Shown one piece after another: positions 25,800 to 38,092 of a stretch of 64,000 nt of DNA (position 1 is its first letter; each line of letters starts with the position of its first letter). This DNA is from Heterodontus francisci (taxonomy: Eukaryota): contig NC_090396.1 of assembly GCF_036365525.1 (NCBI RefSeq), positions 73,712,605-73,776,604 on the forward strand, written 5' to 3'. A model generated the notes under the pieces. That model had not been told where the DNA came from. It searched no databases and was given only the letters and a program-made list of their open reading frames with translations. Position numbers and translations under genes: made by a program.

Positions 25800-26100
25800 G
25801 TTGTGGACATCACTGGAAAAGCCAGCATTCATTGTCCATCACTAATTGCTTCTGAGAAGGTGGTGGTGAGCTGCCTTCTTGAACCGCGGCAGTCCTTGTG
25901 GTGTACATACACTCACTGTGCTGTAAAGGAGGGAGTTCCAGGATTTTGACCCAGCAACAACAAACGCCAATATATTACCAAGTCAGGATGGCGTGTGACA
26001 TTGCGGGAAGTTTTCCAGATGGTGGTGTTCCCATAGACCTGCTGCCTTTTTTCTTCTAGGCAGTAAAGGTCACAGGTTTGGAAGATGCTGTCGAAGACCA
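25800..26100 (-). mobile_element. CR1-group LINE 3' fragment
   Basis: Reverse complement of the 3045-3612 family tail. Confidence 0.6.
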
Positions 26101-26124
26101 GTGTTCAGCCCTCTGTCAGGGAAT

Positions 26125-27050
26125 CACAGAAATTAACAGCACAGAAGGAGGCCATTCAGCCAGTCATGTCTCTGCAAGCCAAGTAAAGCCATCCAGTGTA
26201 ATCCCACTTTCCAGCTCTTGTTCAATAGCCTTGTAGGTTACAGCACTTCAACTGTATAACCAAGTACTTTAAATGTGATGAGGGTTTCTGCCTCCACCAT
26301 GCTTTCAGACCCTCGCCACCCTCTGGGGGGAAAAATTTCTCTTCAAATCCCCTCTAATCCTTCTATCAATTACTTTAAATGTATGCCCTCTGGTTATTGA
26401 CCCCTCTGCTAAGGGAAATAGATCTTCCTATCCACTCTATCTAGGCCGCTCATAATTTAAAATGCCTCAATTAAATTACCCCACGTCTCCTCTGTTCCAA
26501 AGAATCTCAATCTCAGCCTATCCAATCTTTCCTGATAGCTAAAATTCTCCATTACTGGCAACATCCTTGTAAATCTCCTCTGTACCTTCTCTAATGTGAT
26601 CACATCCTTCCTGTAATTAGTTGACCAGAACTGTGTGCAGTCCACTAGCTGTGGCCAATCTAGTGTTTTGTACAGAGCTAAATACTGTGGATGCTGGAAG
26701 CCTAAAATAAAAACAGAAAATGCTAGAAATACTCAGCAGGTCAGGACCCAACTGTGGAGGGAAGAACAGAGTTAACATTTCAAGCAGATAACCCTTCATC
26801 AGAACTTTCAGAATAGAGTTCTGGTTTAAACGCCCTGCTCTTATATTCTGTGCCTCGGCTAATAAAAGAAAGTATCCCGGATGCCTTCTTGACCACTTTA
26901 TCTACCTGTCCAGCCACCTTCAGAATCTGTGGACATGTTCTCCAAGGTCCCTCTGCTTTTCTACGCTTCTCAGTATCCTACCATTTATTGTGTATGTCTT
27001 TGCCTTGTTTGCCCTCCTCAAATGCATCATCTCATACTTCTCTGGATTTG
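26125..27050 (-). mobile_element. CR1 LINE 3' portion with an inserted Penelope-like fragment (26680-26812)
   Basis: QFWS.NYRKDV..LEKVQRRFTRMLP on the minus strand; interrupted by the ATGCTGG...CAGCAGGTCAG module. Confidence 0.8.
26770..26806 (-). ncRNA. Minimal type I hammerhead-like motif (Penelope-associated)
   Basis: Minus strand AGTT-CTGATGA-A-GGGT(TATCT)GCTT-GAAA-TG-TT-AACT; core intact, stem I 4 bp, stem II rich in G-U pairs. Confidence 0.5.
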
Positions 27051-27161
27051 TCTTTTCAGCTGGGTTTGTAGGCAGTCTGGGTTAACAGAATGAGAGGCTC
27101 CTCTGGCTGTATGAAATGTGTCCAGGGCAGCCTCAAGCAGTTTATAATGGATGTAGTGTCT

Positions 27162-27231
27162 ACATTGTCCATTGTCCATTGTATCCATTGTCTCTCGAGA
27201 TAAGGAGGCCCAAAAGAAAAGAAAGAAAGAA
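27162..27231 (+). mobile_element. Ultra-short RTE 3' end insertion
   Basis: GTATCCATTGTCTCTCGAGATAAGGAGGCCCAAAAGAAAAG identical to the 3' end at 19330-19370; candidate TSD AGTGTCT at 27155-27161 and 27232-27238. Confidence 0.8.
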
Positions 27232-27239
27232 AGTGTCTG

Positions 27240-27880
27240 CAGCATGAGTGCTGCTCTGGGAAGTACTGAGACCTTGAAAGACATTACAGAAAGGCATGTT
27301 CTTCCTTCCTGAAACCCCTTCCCTCCTTCTCTCACTTCAGCACACTATTGGCCTCTGTCGGTGGCCAGGGTTCCCAGGAATCAACAACTATGTTACTCTG
27401 CTTCAAGTAATTCATCAATGTGTCTTGATAGCCTTTGTTGACTACCCTGCTTTCTTGGATCATCCACCAGTTCTCCACAAAGTATGTCCTTTGGAAACGA
27501 TACGTCATCCATCCTAGCAACGTGTCCAGCCTATCAGAGCTGAGCATTGATTACTGTAGCATCAATGCTGGTGCTCTCAGCGAGCTCCAGTGATTTATTG
27601 TCAGTGATCTTCTCCAGTCACCCGATACACATAAGTGTGGGCTTATCTTTGGTGAATCCTTTCCAGCTGTTGATTGTCCTGTACAGAGTGTCCATGCTTC
27701 ACAGGAGTTAGTATTAATGTCTGCTTTACAAACCTTTAGTTTAGAGGCAGCTTTGATAGCACTTTGATTCAAAGACCATACTCGCTATGTGTGTGTGAGC
27801 CAGCATTTCCTCATCAAATCTTGCATCGGGGTAATACACTTCCAAGATAGGTGATCTCCATGTACACATTCAGTTTAGTT
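27240..27880 (-). mobile_element. Old degenerate RTE-like LINE remnant
   Basis: Fragments TYLGS.L and SCEAWT on the minus strand. Confidence 0.4.
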
Positions 27881-27914
27881 TTGCCAATAATTGATGGTCT
27901 ATTGCATGGTGCAT

Positions 27915-28178
27915 GAGATTTAGAGGGGATTTGAGGAACAGTTTTTTTCACCCAGAGGGTGGTTGGAATCTGGAACGCACTGCCTGAAGAGCTGGTAGAG
28001 GCAGGAACCCTCACAACATTTAAGAAGTATTTATATGAGAACTTGAAACGCCATAGCATACAAGGCTACGGGCCAAGTGCTGGAAAATGGGATTAGAATA
28101 GTTAGGTGCTTGATGGCTGGCACAGACACGATGGGCCGAAGGGCCTGTTTCTGTGCTGTATAACTCTATGACTCTATG
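27915..28178 (+). mobile_element. CR1 3' end
   Basis: Close to the reverse complement of 9345-9610. Confidence 0.85.
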
Positions 28179-28334
28179 GCTTTCCAGGTGCTGGTTGATG
28201 GTCCTAGTCAGACTCATAGTTCGGTATATTGCAGATTTAGCTCAGGATATTACTAATGCTGAGATCACTGGGTTCCTACTATTTCTTTAAAGTTTCAACT
28301 ACCAAGCCGTTCTAATTGCCAGTGCACAATAAGA

Positions 28335-28880
28335 ATGTAAGAACATAAGAAATAGGAGCAGGAGTAGGCCATTTGGCCCTTCGAACCCGTTCCACCATTC
28401 TTTCCACACTGTTCCCATATCCCTTAATTCCCATGGTTCTCAAAGATCTATTGACCTCTAAATTGAATATACTTAACAACTGAGCATCCACAGCTCTCTG
28501 GGGTAGAGAATTCCAAAGATTCACAACCCTTTGCATAAAGAAATTTCTCCTCATCTCAGACCTAAATAGACGACCCCTTATTCTGAAACTATGACCCCAT
28601 GTTCTAGATTCCCCAGCTAGGAGACATTTTCTCAGCATCTACCCTGTCAAGCCCCTAAGAAATTTATATGTTTCAATTTGATCACCTCTCATTCTTGTAA
28701 ACACCAGAGAATATAGGCCTAGTTGACTCAATCTCTCCTCATAGGACAATCCCCTCATCCCAGGAACCTTCACTGCACTTCCTCTAGGGCATATATGTCC
28801 TCCCTTAAGTACAGAAACTAAAAGGACACACAGTACTCCAGGTGTGGCCTCACCAATATCCTGTATAATTGTATAAAACT
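28335..28880 (-). mobile_element. CR1 LINE 3' fragment
   Basis: LVRPHLEYCV, LSYEERL..LGLYSL, RNFF.QRVVNLWNSLP. Confidence 0.85.
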
Positions 28881-30104
28881 GTATAATACAATGCTGCAGG
28901 CTGGGGTGTCTTTCCTCCATACTAAGCCTTTAGATCGTTTTTGGTGTAGTCTTGGAGAGGTCCGTAACTTAAGCTTATGAATTCCCAAAGCTACACATTC
29001 TGGGAGTTTTAGCAAGCCTTTAACACTCTCTCTGAGTCCAGCATTCTTGTCGAGGCCACCAGTCCAAGTGTTTCCCGCTCTGTCCTCTTTATTTACCAGT
29101 TGCACTGAGCTCTGTCACTATATAGAGCACAAACTGAGAGGACTAGTTCCCTGGATTCACTGTAAGAAATGGCAACCCCAAGCATTTGGGAGAGCCACAG
29201 ACACAAATTTTCATGGGTCTGTGCCGCGGTTGATTCTGGGTGCGTTGGGTTGTTTATACAAAGAAATGCAGCTGTTAGGCTGAGAACTAAGCATCTGCCA
29301 TGGATCACTCTTTTCATGCAAAAGCGACTCTATCGGGTTAAACTGCCTCAGTAGGGAAAGTACTTCTTAAAAATTCAATGGTACTTTATACCTGTGTTCA
29401 CATTTTCAGAGATAATTACACTGGGATTGTTTTAATTGAAGATTGTCGATTGAATCAGTTGGGTCTTGTGTGTTGAGACAGTTACAAGCCTAAACACTCT
29501 TCAATTTGAGTGGCCAAAAGAATTCTCTGCCGTGTATAGAGGTCTCGAGTTCACCGTCCTTTGCATCTGTAGTTCTATTAAATCTGCGAGTAATTTGCAT
29601 TCATACTACACTCCTATGGTTAAAGAAATCTGTGAGCACATCTCAAGAGGAAGAGGTGGACACTGATGAACTGTGATTGCTGGGGGGCATGGGGGGTGGG
29701 GGGGGATCTAATCTGAAATTATTTTGCAAGAGAAGCCTTCCAAGGAGGAGGAGGTGGAGGACAGAGGGTGCAACATGAAGTAAGCTTTGGGACAGAGCTG
29801 CAGTGGACAGGAGTTTAGTAATGGAGAGATTTTACAGTGGAGTGAGAAAACATCAATAATCTATAGTCCGAGAGATGGGGGAACTTGATATAGTTAAACA
29901 TCCCAAGGTGCTTCACAGGAGCTCTATTGGACAAAATTTGACACCAAGCCACATAAAGAGATTGTCGGACCGGCCCCAAAAGCTTGTTCAGAGAGGTGGA
30001 CAGGTTTAGGGATGGAATTCCGGACCTTAGGGCCGAGGCAGCTAAAGGCACGGCCACCAATGGTGGAGCGATTAAAATTGGGGATGCCAGAATTGGAGGA
30101 GTGC

Positions 30105-32090
30105 AGGGATATTGGAGGGTTGTAGGGGCTGGAGGAGGATACAGAGATAGGGAGGGTTGTAGGGGCTGGAGGTGGTTACAGAAATAGGGAGGGTTGTAGG
30201 GTCTGGAGGAGGTTACAAAGATAGGGAGGGTTGTAGGGGCTGGAGGAGGTTACAAAGATAAGGAGGATTGTAGGGGCTGGAGGAGGTTACAGAGATAGGG
30301 AGGGTTGTAAACCTGGAGGAGGTTACAGAGATAGGGAAGGTTGTAGGACTGGAGGAGGTTACAGAGTTAGGGAGGGTTGTAGGGGCTGGAGGAGGTTACA
30401 GAAATAGGGAGGGTTGTAGGGTCTGGAGGAGGTTACAAAGATAGGGAGGATTGTAGGGGCTGGAGGAGGTTACAGAGATAGGGAGGGTTGTAGGACTAGA
30501 GGAGGTTACAGAGATAGGGAGGGTTGTAGGGGCTGGAGGAGGTTACAGAGATAGGGAAGGTTGTAGGGGCTGGAGGAGGTTACAGAGATACGGAGGGTTG
30601 TAGGGGCTGGAGGAGGTTACAGAGATAGGGAAGGTTGTAGGGGCTGGAGGAGGTTACAGAGATAGGGAAGGTTGTAGGGGCTGGAGGAGGTTACAGAGAT
30701 AGGGAGGGTTGTAGGGGCTGGAGGAGGTTACAGAGATAGGGAGGGTTGTAGGGGCTGGAGGAGGTTACAGAGATAGGGAGTGTTGTAGGGGCTGGAGGAG
30801 GTTACAGAGATAGGGAAGGTTGTAGGACTGGAGGAGGTTACAGAGATAGGGAGGGTTGTAGGACTAGAGGAGGTTACAGAGTTAGGGAGGGTTGTAGGGG
30901 CTGGAGGAGGTTACAGAGATAGGGAGGGTTGTAGGGGCTGGAGGAGGTTACAGAGATAGGGAGGTTTGTGGGACTGGAGGAGGTTACAGAGATAGGGAAG
31001 GTTGTAGGGGCTGGAGGAGGTTACAGAGATAGGGAAGGTTGTAGGGGCTGGAGGAGGTTACAGAGATAGGGAGGGTTGTAGGGGCTGGAGGAGGTTACAG
31101 AGATAGGGAGGGTTGTAGGGGCTGGAGGAGGTTACAGAGATAGGGAGGGTTGTAGGGGCTGGAGGAGGTTACAGAGATAGGGAGGGTTGTAAGACTGGAG
31201 GAGGTTACAGAGATAGGGAAGGTTGTGGGACTGGAGGAGGTTACAGAGATAGGGAGGGTTGTAGGACTAGAGGAGGTTACAGAGATAGGGAGGATTGTAG
31301 GGGCTGGAGGAGGTTACAGAAATAGGGAGGGTTGTAGGCGCTGGAGGAGGTTACAGAGATAGGGAGGATTGTAGGGGCTGGAGGAGGTTCTAGAGATAGG
31401 GAGCGTTGTAGGACTGGAGGAGGTTACAGAGATATGGAGGGTTGTAGGCCTGGAGGAGGTTACAGAGTAAGGGAGGGTTGTAGGGGTTGGAGGAGGTTAC
31501 AGAGATAGGGAGGGTTGTAGGACTGGAGGAGGTTACAGAGATTTGATTAGAATAGAGATACAGCACTGAAACAGGCCCTTCAGCCCACCGAGTCTGTGCC
31601 GAACATCAACCACCCATTTATACTAATCCTACACTAATCCCATATTCCCAACAAACATTCCCACCTGTCCCTATATTTCCCTACCACCTACCTACCTATA
31701 CTGGTGACAATTTATAATGGCCAATTTACCTGTCAACCTGCAAGTCTTTTGGCTTGTGGGAGGAAACCGGAGCACCCGGAGAAAACCCACGCAGACACAG
31801 GGAGAACTTGCAAACTCCACACAGGCAGTACCCAGAATCGAACCCGGGTCCCTGGAGCTGTGAGGCTGCGGTGCTAACCACTGCGCCACCGTGCCGCCCC
31901 GAGATAGGGAGGGTTGTAGGACTGGAGGAGGTTACAGAGATAGGGAGGGTTGTAGGACTGGAGGAGGTTACAGAGATAGGGAGGGTTGCAGGACTGGAGG
32001 AGGTTACAGAGATAGGGAGGGTTGTAGAACTGGAGGAGGTTACAGAGATAGGGAGGGTTGTGGGACTGGAGGTGGTTACAGAGGTAGGGA
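30105..32090. repeat. 36/37-bp G-rich minisatellite (about 44 units), interrupted by a SINE
   Basis: Unit GGAGGGTTGTAGG(GG/A)CTGGAGGAGGTTACAGAGATAG. Confidence 0.97.
31542..31900 (-). mobile_element. V-SINE (HE1-like), tRNA-derived
   Basis: Minus strand GGGCGGCACGGTGGCGCAGTGGTTAGC...GGTTCGATTC, V-domain-like GGGTGCTCCGGTTTCCTCCCAC, CR1-like tail; GAGATA flanks both sides. Confidence 0.85.
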
Positions 32091-33226
32091 AGGGCGATGC
32101 CATGGATAACTCCATTAAAATAGCAAACAAAATAATCTTATACTAATCTGTTAAGTGTTCATTTGCTAATATCACAGTATTATATCTTTATGGTGTTTTT
32201 ATTTTAAGATGTCTTCTTAAACCTCTGTCCCCTGTCCCCTCCACTCACACTTCCAACAAGTGTGAGGAGCTCATGGATTTCTTTGTCACTAAAATCAAGA
32301 CCATCCAATCAGCTGTCTCTCCTCCATCCCTCACTTCCACTAGTCCACCTGGCCTAACTTCCTCTAATGCATCCCCCGTGTCCTAGCCCAAAACTTGCAT
32401 CTTTCTCTAGTTTCTCTCCGATCTTCCCTCATGCCCTTGCTCAGCTCATTTTGTCCATGAGACTCAACTCCTGTTCCCTCGATCCTATTCTCACTAAACT
32501 GCTGATCACCCAACTTCTCCTCCTGGTTCCATGTTAGCCGATATTTTCTCTTTAGGTGTAGTGCCTCTCTCCTGTAAATCTACTATCATCACCCCTCTCC
32601 TCAAAAAAACAACCCTTGACCCCGCTGTCCTTGCAAACTACCATCCCATCTCCAACCTTCCTTTCCTCTCCAAAGTCCTTGACTGTGTTGTCACCTCCCA
32701 AATCCATTCCCGTCTTTCCTGGAACTCCGTGTTTGAATCCCTTCAGTCAGGTTTCTACCCTTGCCACAGTACCAAAACGGCTTTTATCAAATTCACAAAT
32801 GACATCCCATGTGACTTTGACAAAGGTAAACTTTCGGTCCTCGTGCTTCTCGATCTCTCTGCAGCCTTTGACACGGTTGATCACATCATCCTCCTCCAAT
32901 GCCTCTCCACTGTCGTCCAGCTGGGTGGGACTGCTCTCACCTGGTTCCATTCTTATCTGTCTAATTGTAACCAGAGAATCGCTTGCATTGGTTTCTCTTC
33001 CTGCTCCCACCCCATTACTTCTGGTGTCCCCCAAGGATCTATCCTTCACCTCCTCCAATTTCTCATCTACACGCCGCCCCTTGCCAACATCATCTGAAAG
33101 CACAGCATTAATTTTCACATGGACGCTGTTGACACCCAGTTCTACCTCACTACCGCCTCTCTTGAGTCCTCTACTGTTGCTAAATTATCAGACTGCTTCT
33201 CCGACATCCAGTACTGGATGAGCAGA

Positions 33227-33525
33227 TCCTTCAGCACCTTCCAAACCCATGACTTCTACCACCTAGAAGGACAAGGGCGGCAGACACATGGGAACACCGC
33301 CACCTGCAAGTTCCCCTCCAAGCTACATACTATCCTGACTTGGAACTATATCACCGTGCCTTCACTGTCACTGGAAAATCATGGAATTCCCTTCCTAACA
33401 GCACTGTGGGTGTACCTACCCCACATGGACTGCAGCGGTTCAAGCAGGTGGCTCACCACCACCTTCTCAAGGGCAATTAAGGATGGGCAATAAATGCTGG
33501 CCTTACCAGCAATGCCACATCCCAT
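33227..33525 (+). mobile_element. CR1-group 3' fragment nested in L2
   Basis: Matches 3330-3612. Confidence 0.7.
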
Positions 33526-33527
33526 AA

Positions 33528-34550
33528 AACAGTAACTAGTGGAGTGCCGCAGGGATAAGTGCTGGGGCCTCAACTATTTACAATCCATATTAATGACATG
33601 GGTGAAGGGACCGACTGTATTGTAGTCAAATTTGTGGTTGATACAAAGATAGGTAGAAAAGCAAGTTGTGAGGAGGACACAAAGTGTCTGCAAAGAGATA
33701 TAGATGGGTTAAGTGAGTGAGCAAAAATTTGGCAGTTGGAGTATAATGTGAGAAAATGTGAGGTTGTCCACTTTGGCAGGAAAAATAGAAAAAACGAGTA
33801 TTAATTACATGGAGAGAGACTGCAGCATGCTGCGGTACAGAGGGCTCTGGGTGTCCTTGTACATGAATCACAAAAAGTTAGTATACAGGTACAGCAAGTA
33901 ATTAGGAAGACAAATGGAATGTGGGCATTTATTGCAAGGGGAATGGAGTATAAAAGTAGGGAAGTCTTGCGACAACTGTGCAGGGCATTGGTGAGACCAC
34001 ACCTTAGAGTACTGTGTACAGTTTTGGTCTCCTTACTTAAGGAGGGATATAATTGCAAGGGAAGCAGTTTAGAGAAGGTTCACTAGGCTGATTCCTGGGA
34101 TGAAGAGGTTGTCTTATGAAGAAAGGTTGAACAGGTTGGGCCTATACACACTGGAGTTTAGAAGAATGAGAGGTGATCTTATTGAAACATATAAGATTCT
34201 GAGGGGGCTTGACAGAGTATATGCTGAGAGAATGTTTCCCCTCATGGGGGAATCTAGAACTAGTGGGCACAGTTTCAAAATAAGGGGTCTCCCTTTTATG
34301 ATGGAGATGAGGAGGAATTTCTTCTCTGAGCAGGTCACTAATCTTTGGAATTCTCTACCCTAGAGAGCAGTGGAGGCTGGCTCATTAAATATATTCAAGG
34401 CTGAGTTAGCCAGATTTTTGATCTACAAGGCAGTCAAGGGTTATGGGGGGCAGATAGGAAAGTGGAGTTGAGGCTATGATCTTAGTGAATGGTGAGCCGC
34501 CTCAAGGGGCCGAATGGCCTACTCCTGCTCCTATTTTTTATGTTTTTATG
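33528..34550 (+). mobile_element. CR1 LINE 3' fragment nested in L2
   Basis: SGVPQG, LSYEERLNRLGLYTLEFRRMRGDLIE, NLWNSLP. Confidence 0.85.
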
Positions 34551-35787
34551 AAAGAATAAAAATGAATTTCCTCCAAATAAATATTGAAAAGACTGAAGCC
34601 ATTGCTTTCGGTCCCCACTCCAAACTCTGTTCCCTAGCTAGCAACTCCATCCCGCTCCCTATCAACAGTCTGCAGATAAACCAGTCTGTTCGCAACCTTG
34701 GTTTCACATTTGATCCCACAATGAGCTTCCGACCCCACAGTCACACCATCCCTAAGACCGCTTATTTCCACCAACATAACATGGCCTGACTTTGCCCCGG
34801 TCTCAGCTCATCTATTGTTGAAACCCTCATTCATGCCTTCGTTGTCTCTAGACTTGACTATTCCAGTGCAGTCCTGGCTGGTCTCCCACATTTTACTCTC
34901 TATAAACATGAGGTAATCTGCTGTCCGTGCCTTAACTCACACCAAGTCCTGTTCACCTATCACCCCTGTGCTTGCTCACCTACACTAGCTCCCAGTTGAG
35001 CAACGTCTTGATTTTAAAATTCTCATCCTTGTTTTCAAATCCCTTCATGGCCTCAGCCCTTCCTATCCCTGTAATCTCCTCCAGCATCCAAACCATCCGA
35101 GATCTCTGCGCTCCTCTAATTCTGGCCTCATGAGCATCCCCGATTTTAATCACTCTGACATTGGTGGCTGCACCTTCAGTTGCCTAGGCCCCAAGCTGTG
35201 GAATACCCTCCCTACACCTCTCCATCTCTTTCCTTGCTTTTCTCCTTTAAGACACTCCTTAATACCTTAAGCTTTTGGTCATCTGGCCTATTATCTCCTT
35301 ATGTGGCTCAGCGCCTTGTTTTATAATGCTCCTGTGAAGCGTCTTGTAACATTTTATTATGTTAAGGTGTTATATAAACGTAAGTAGTTTTTATTGAAGT
35401 CGTTCAGTGTCCTATTTTAAACTCAGATGGGCATTACACCTTTATTCTTTAAGGCTGAATCTCCATACCTCCCTTCTGTTCATGACTGTGCTCACATTAA
35501 CTTCATTCAGATTATACTGAGGCTCTGACATGGCCTCCAGCTCCCGACACACTGGGCTGAATTTTATTGGCCCGCTGCATTTTACTAGCGACGGCGTGAC
35601 CTCGGTGCAGCCCCTCCCCATCGCATGGCGGCGGCGGCGCCACAATTAGCATATGGTAATGATTACTCACCTTTGCTGATTATGCAGCCCACCACCTCTC
35701 CACCGACACTGCCGGATTTTTTGTTGAACTGACGGCCATCACGTGCCATCCCGTTCACGATCTGAAAAGCCGGCGAGTCCTCAGTGT

Positions 35788-36035
35788 GCATTATGGAAGG
35801 AGTGGGGGGGATACACAGGGGTCTCACTCTGCATTATGAAAGGGAGGAGGGAGGGGAGATACACAGGGGTCTAACTCTGCATTATGAAAGGGAGGAGGGA
35901 GGGGAGCTACACAGGGGTCTAACTCTGCATTATGAAAGGGAGGAGGGAGGGGGGATACACAGGGGTCTCACTCTGCATTATGAAAGGGAGGAGGGAGGGG
36001 GGATACACAGGGGTCTAACTCGGCATTATGAAAAG
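35788..36035. repeat. 48-bp tandem repeat (about 5 copies) inside Harbinger A
   Basis: GCATTATGAAAGGGAGGAGGGAGGGGGGATACACAGGGGTCTCACTCT. Confidence 0.92.
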
Positions 36036-36559
36036 GAGGGCGTCTGGGATTACTGGAGGGAAAGCTGTGCTGGCATGAAGGGAGGTACCATGTACCATCC
36101 CTCCGTTAACAGTGTACTCTCTGTGTTTGTGAGGGGGCAATGGCACACTAGGCACCCTGTGTGTGGGGAGGGTGCCAGAAAGGGCAGGAGCATTAAGGTT
36201 TTATGGATGGTGGGGGCAATTGATTCAGCTGGTAGGATCCTGGTGTGGTCATGCTGTGCCACTCTGAGTGTTGGCCAAGATGGGCAATGCCATGGCACAC
36301 CACATAGTTGATCCAGGAAAATAGCTGATGTACCCGTCAACACCAATCCCTGCCCTGTTAGGAACCTTCGAATACATGCAGGGTTCAACTTTATTTATCA
36401 CATGGAAATAGGTGTGGTTCATCTTACATTGTGTGATCCTCTGCATGTGAGGATCCCTATGCACACGAGGCAATACCAACAGGTAAGTGCGATCCACGTA
36501 GAGACCCCCGGTTGTGAGCAGCAGCCCCCAAGGGGAGCCCGCCATTATGGTTGCCGTAC

Positions 36560-37340
36560 ATCTACAGGCCCCACATGATATGCCATCAGATGTCAGAGCA
36601 CTAGTGTCACAGGAGATTGTGCATATAGAGAGGGTGGTGACACGTCTCTGTGCCCTGCTCAAGGATGACCTGCAGCCCGTGTGCTCCGGTGGACATCCCA
36701 TGCCTTTGTTCCTCATAGTGGCAGCGGTTCGCAAGCCTGACAACTCTGCAGCCTTTTAGGGGCCCACAGAGACCTTTGTGGGGTCACATAGTCAGCAGTG
36801 CACTGCTGCATCAGGGACGTCACCAATGCCCTGCACCGGAGGGTCTGTGAGGATGTCCGCTTCAGGACAGTCTCTCACAGCCAGGCCCACAGGGCCATTG
36901 GTTCTGGCACCATTGCCGGAGAACCATAGGTTATAATGTTCATAGACTGCACTCATGTGGCCATCAGGTCTACTGCCAGGCTATCACCATTAAAGAAGCC
37001 CTCTCAATCAAGGTGAAGCTGGTATGTGAACACCACAGATGGTTGCAGCGAATGTATGACCGCTTCTCAGGCAGCTGCCATGACACCTGGGTCTTGCACC
37101 AGTCCCAGCTGCCACCGCTGTTCACTGAACTGGCTCAGATGGAGGGGTGGCTTCTTGGAGTTAAGGGCTTTCCTTTGCAGACATGGCTCCCGACACCAGT
37201 GAGAGACTCCACCACAGCTGCAGAGGAGAGATACAATGTCAGCCACTGAGCTACATGAGCCATCATTGAACAGGAGATCGGCCTGCTGAAAGAGCACCTC
37301 CAATGCCTGTATGGATAGGGTGATGCCCTGTACTAGGGGC
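36560..37340 (+). pseudogene. Harbinger DDE transposase pseudogene
   Basis: Motifs above, broken by stops and frameshifts; the GDxGY catalytic Asp is replaced by Val. Confidence 0.8.
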
Positions 37341-38092
37341 TGAAAAGACCAGCTCCTTTCTTTGCTGCTCTGCACATCTACGCACCCAATAGGCCTGGCA
37401 TAATGAGGAGAGACGTCAACAGGATTCCTCCTTGGACTATGAGGATGCTGAGGACCTATAATATGAAAGACGCATGGGAGGGCAGATGGCACCCAGGCTC
37501 TGCACGCAGGGGTAGCAGTGAACTAGGGATGTACAGCAGTGGCTTATCAGCTGTCTGCTCCATAGGAACTGACATGAGCTCTGCAAGCCACACATCACCC
37601 TCGCTCACCTGCTGTGCACCTGTCCACATCTGCAGCATCCCTGTGTAAACCATTAGAGGCAGCAGCTGACTGAGCCAATGTCCCTGTCACTGCATCCATA
37701 GAGACGCTCAGAGTAATGGTGACATGGAAATGATGTTATTGCATATGTTGGCTCTTCTGAAGGGCCAACGGTGCAAAGGGATGTGACATTGGTGCTACAT
37801 GCTGGCACACATCATTCACACAGAGAAAAGGACACACATGTTGGTGAGGAACATTTAGTGAAAGACTTATTTACATTGCTGTGACACCCGTGCATTCCCA
37901 TTTGTGTCAGTGTGTTCTCTGTAAACCTCTGTAATATCTTTTATGGTCTATTTAAGTCACACGTCCTGGAATGTGCAAAATTAAGATTATTCACCCAGGT
38001 GCGGCACGCCTACAGGAAGGAATGTTACATCTGAGTGGGAGAAGAAGATCGCAGCTTCACAGGACACTGGGACACAGCGGGGTAAGTATGTG

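Larger units (their letters stand above)
29885..32107 (-). mobile_element. L2 LINE 3' fragment internally expanded into a minisatellite
   Basis: The flanks match the reverse complement of the L2 3' region at 35040-35390. Confidence 0.7.
32205..35395 (+). mobile_element. L2-clade LINE remnant, interrupted at about 33226-34555
   Basis: PLLKK..LDP..LANY.PISNLPFLSKVL, QSGF...HST, LLDLSAAFDTVDH, GVPQGSIL; resumes NFLQIN.EKTEAI after the nested inserts. Confidence 0.85.

Noticed and set aside
28950-29040. Minus-strand GLLKLPEC...KLKL resembling the missing RanGAP exon
   Set aside because: Wrong strand, lacks LSDNAFG/NNCG and has no splice context
31830-31900. tRNA gene
   Set aside because: The tRNA-like head belongs to a V-SINE, as at 44140-44212
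31726-32146. Repetitive ORFs (mucin-like SVTSSSPTTLPI, EIGRVVGLEEVT)
   Set aside because: By-products of the 36-bp minisatellite and the SINE
36560-37340. Domesticated HARBI1 gene
   Set aside because: Stops, frameshifts, a lost catalytic Asp and intact TIRs indicate a dead transposon copy
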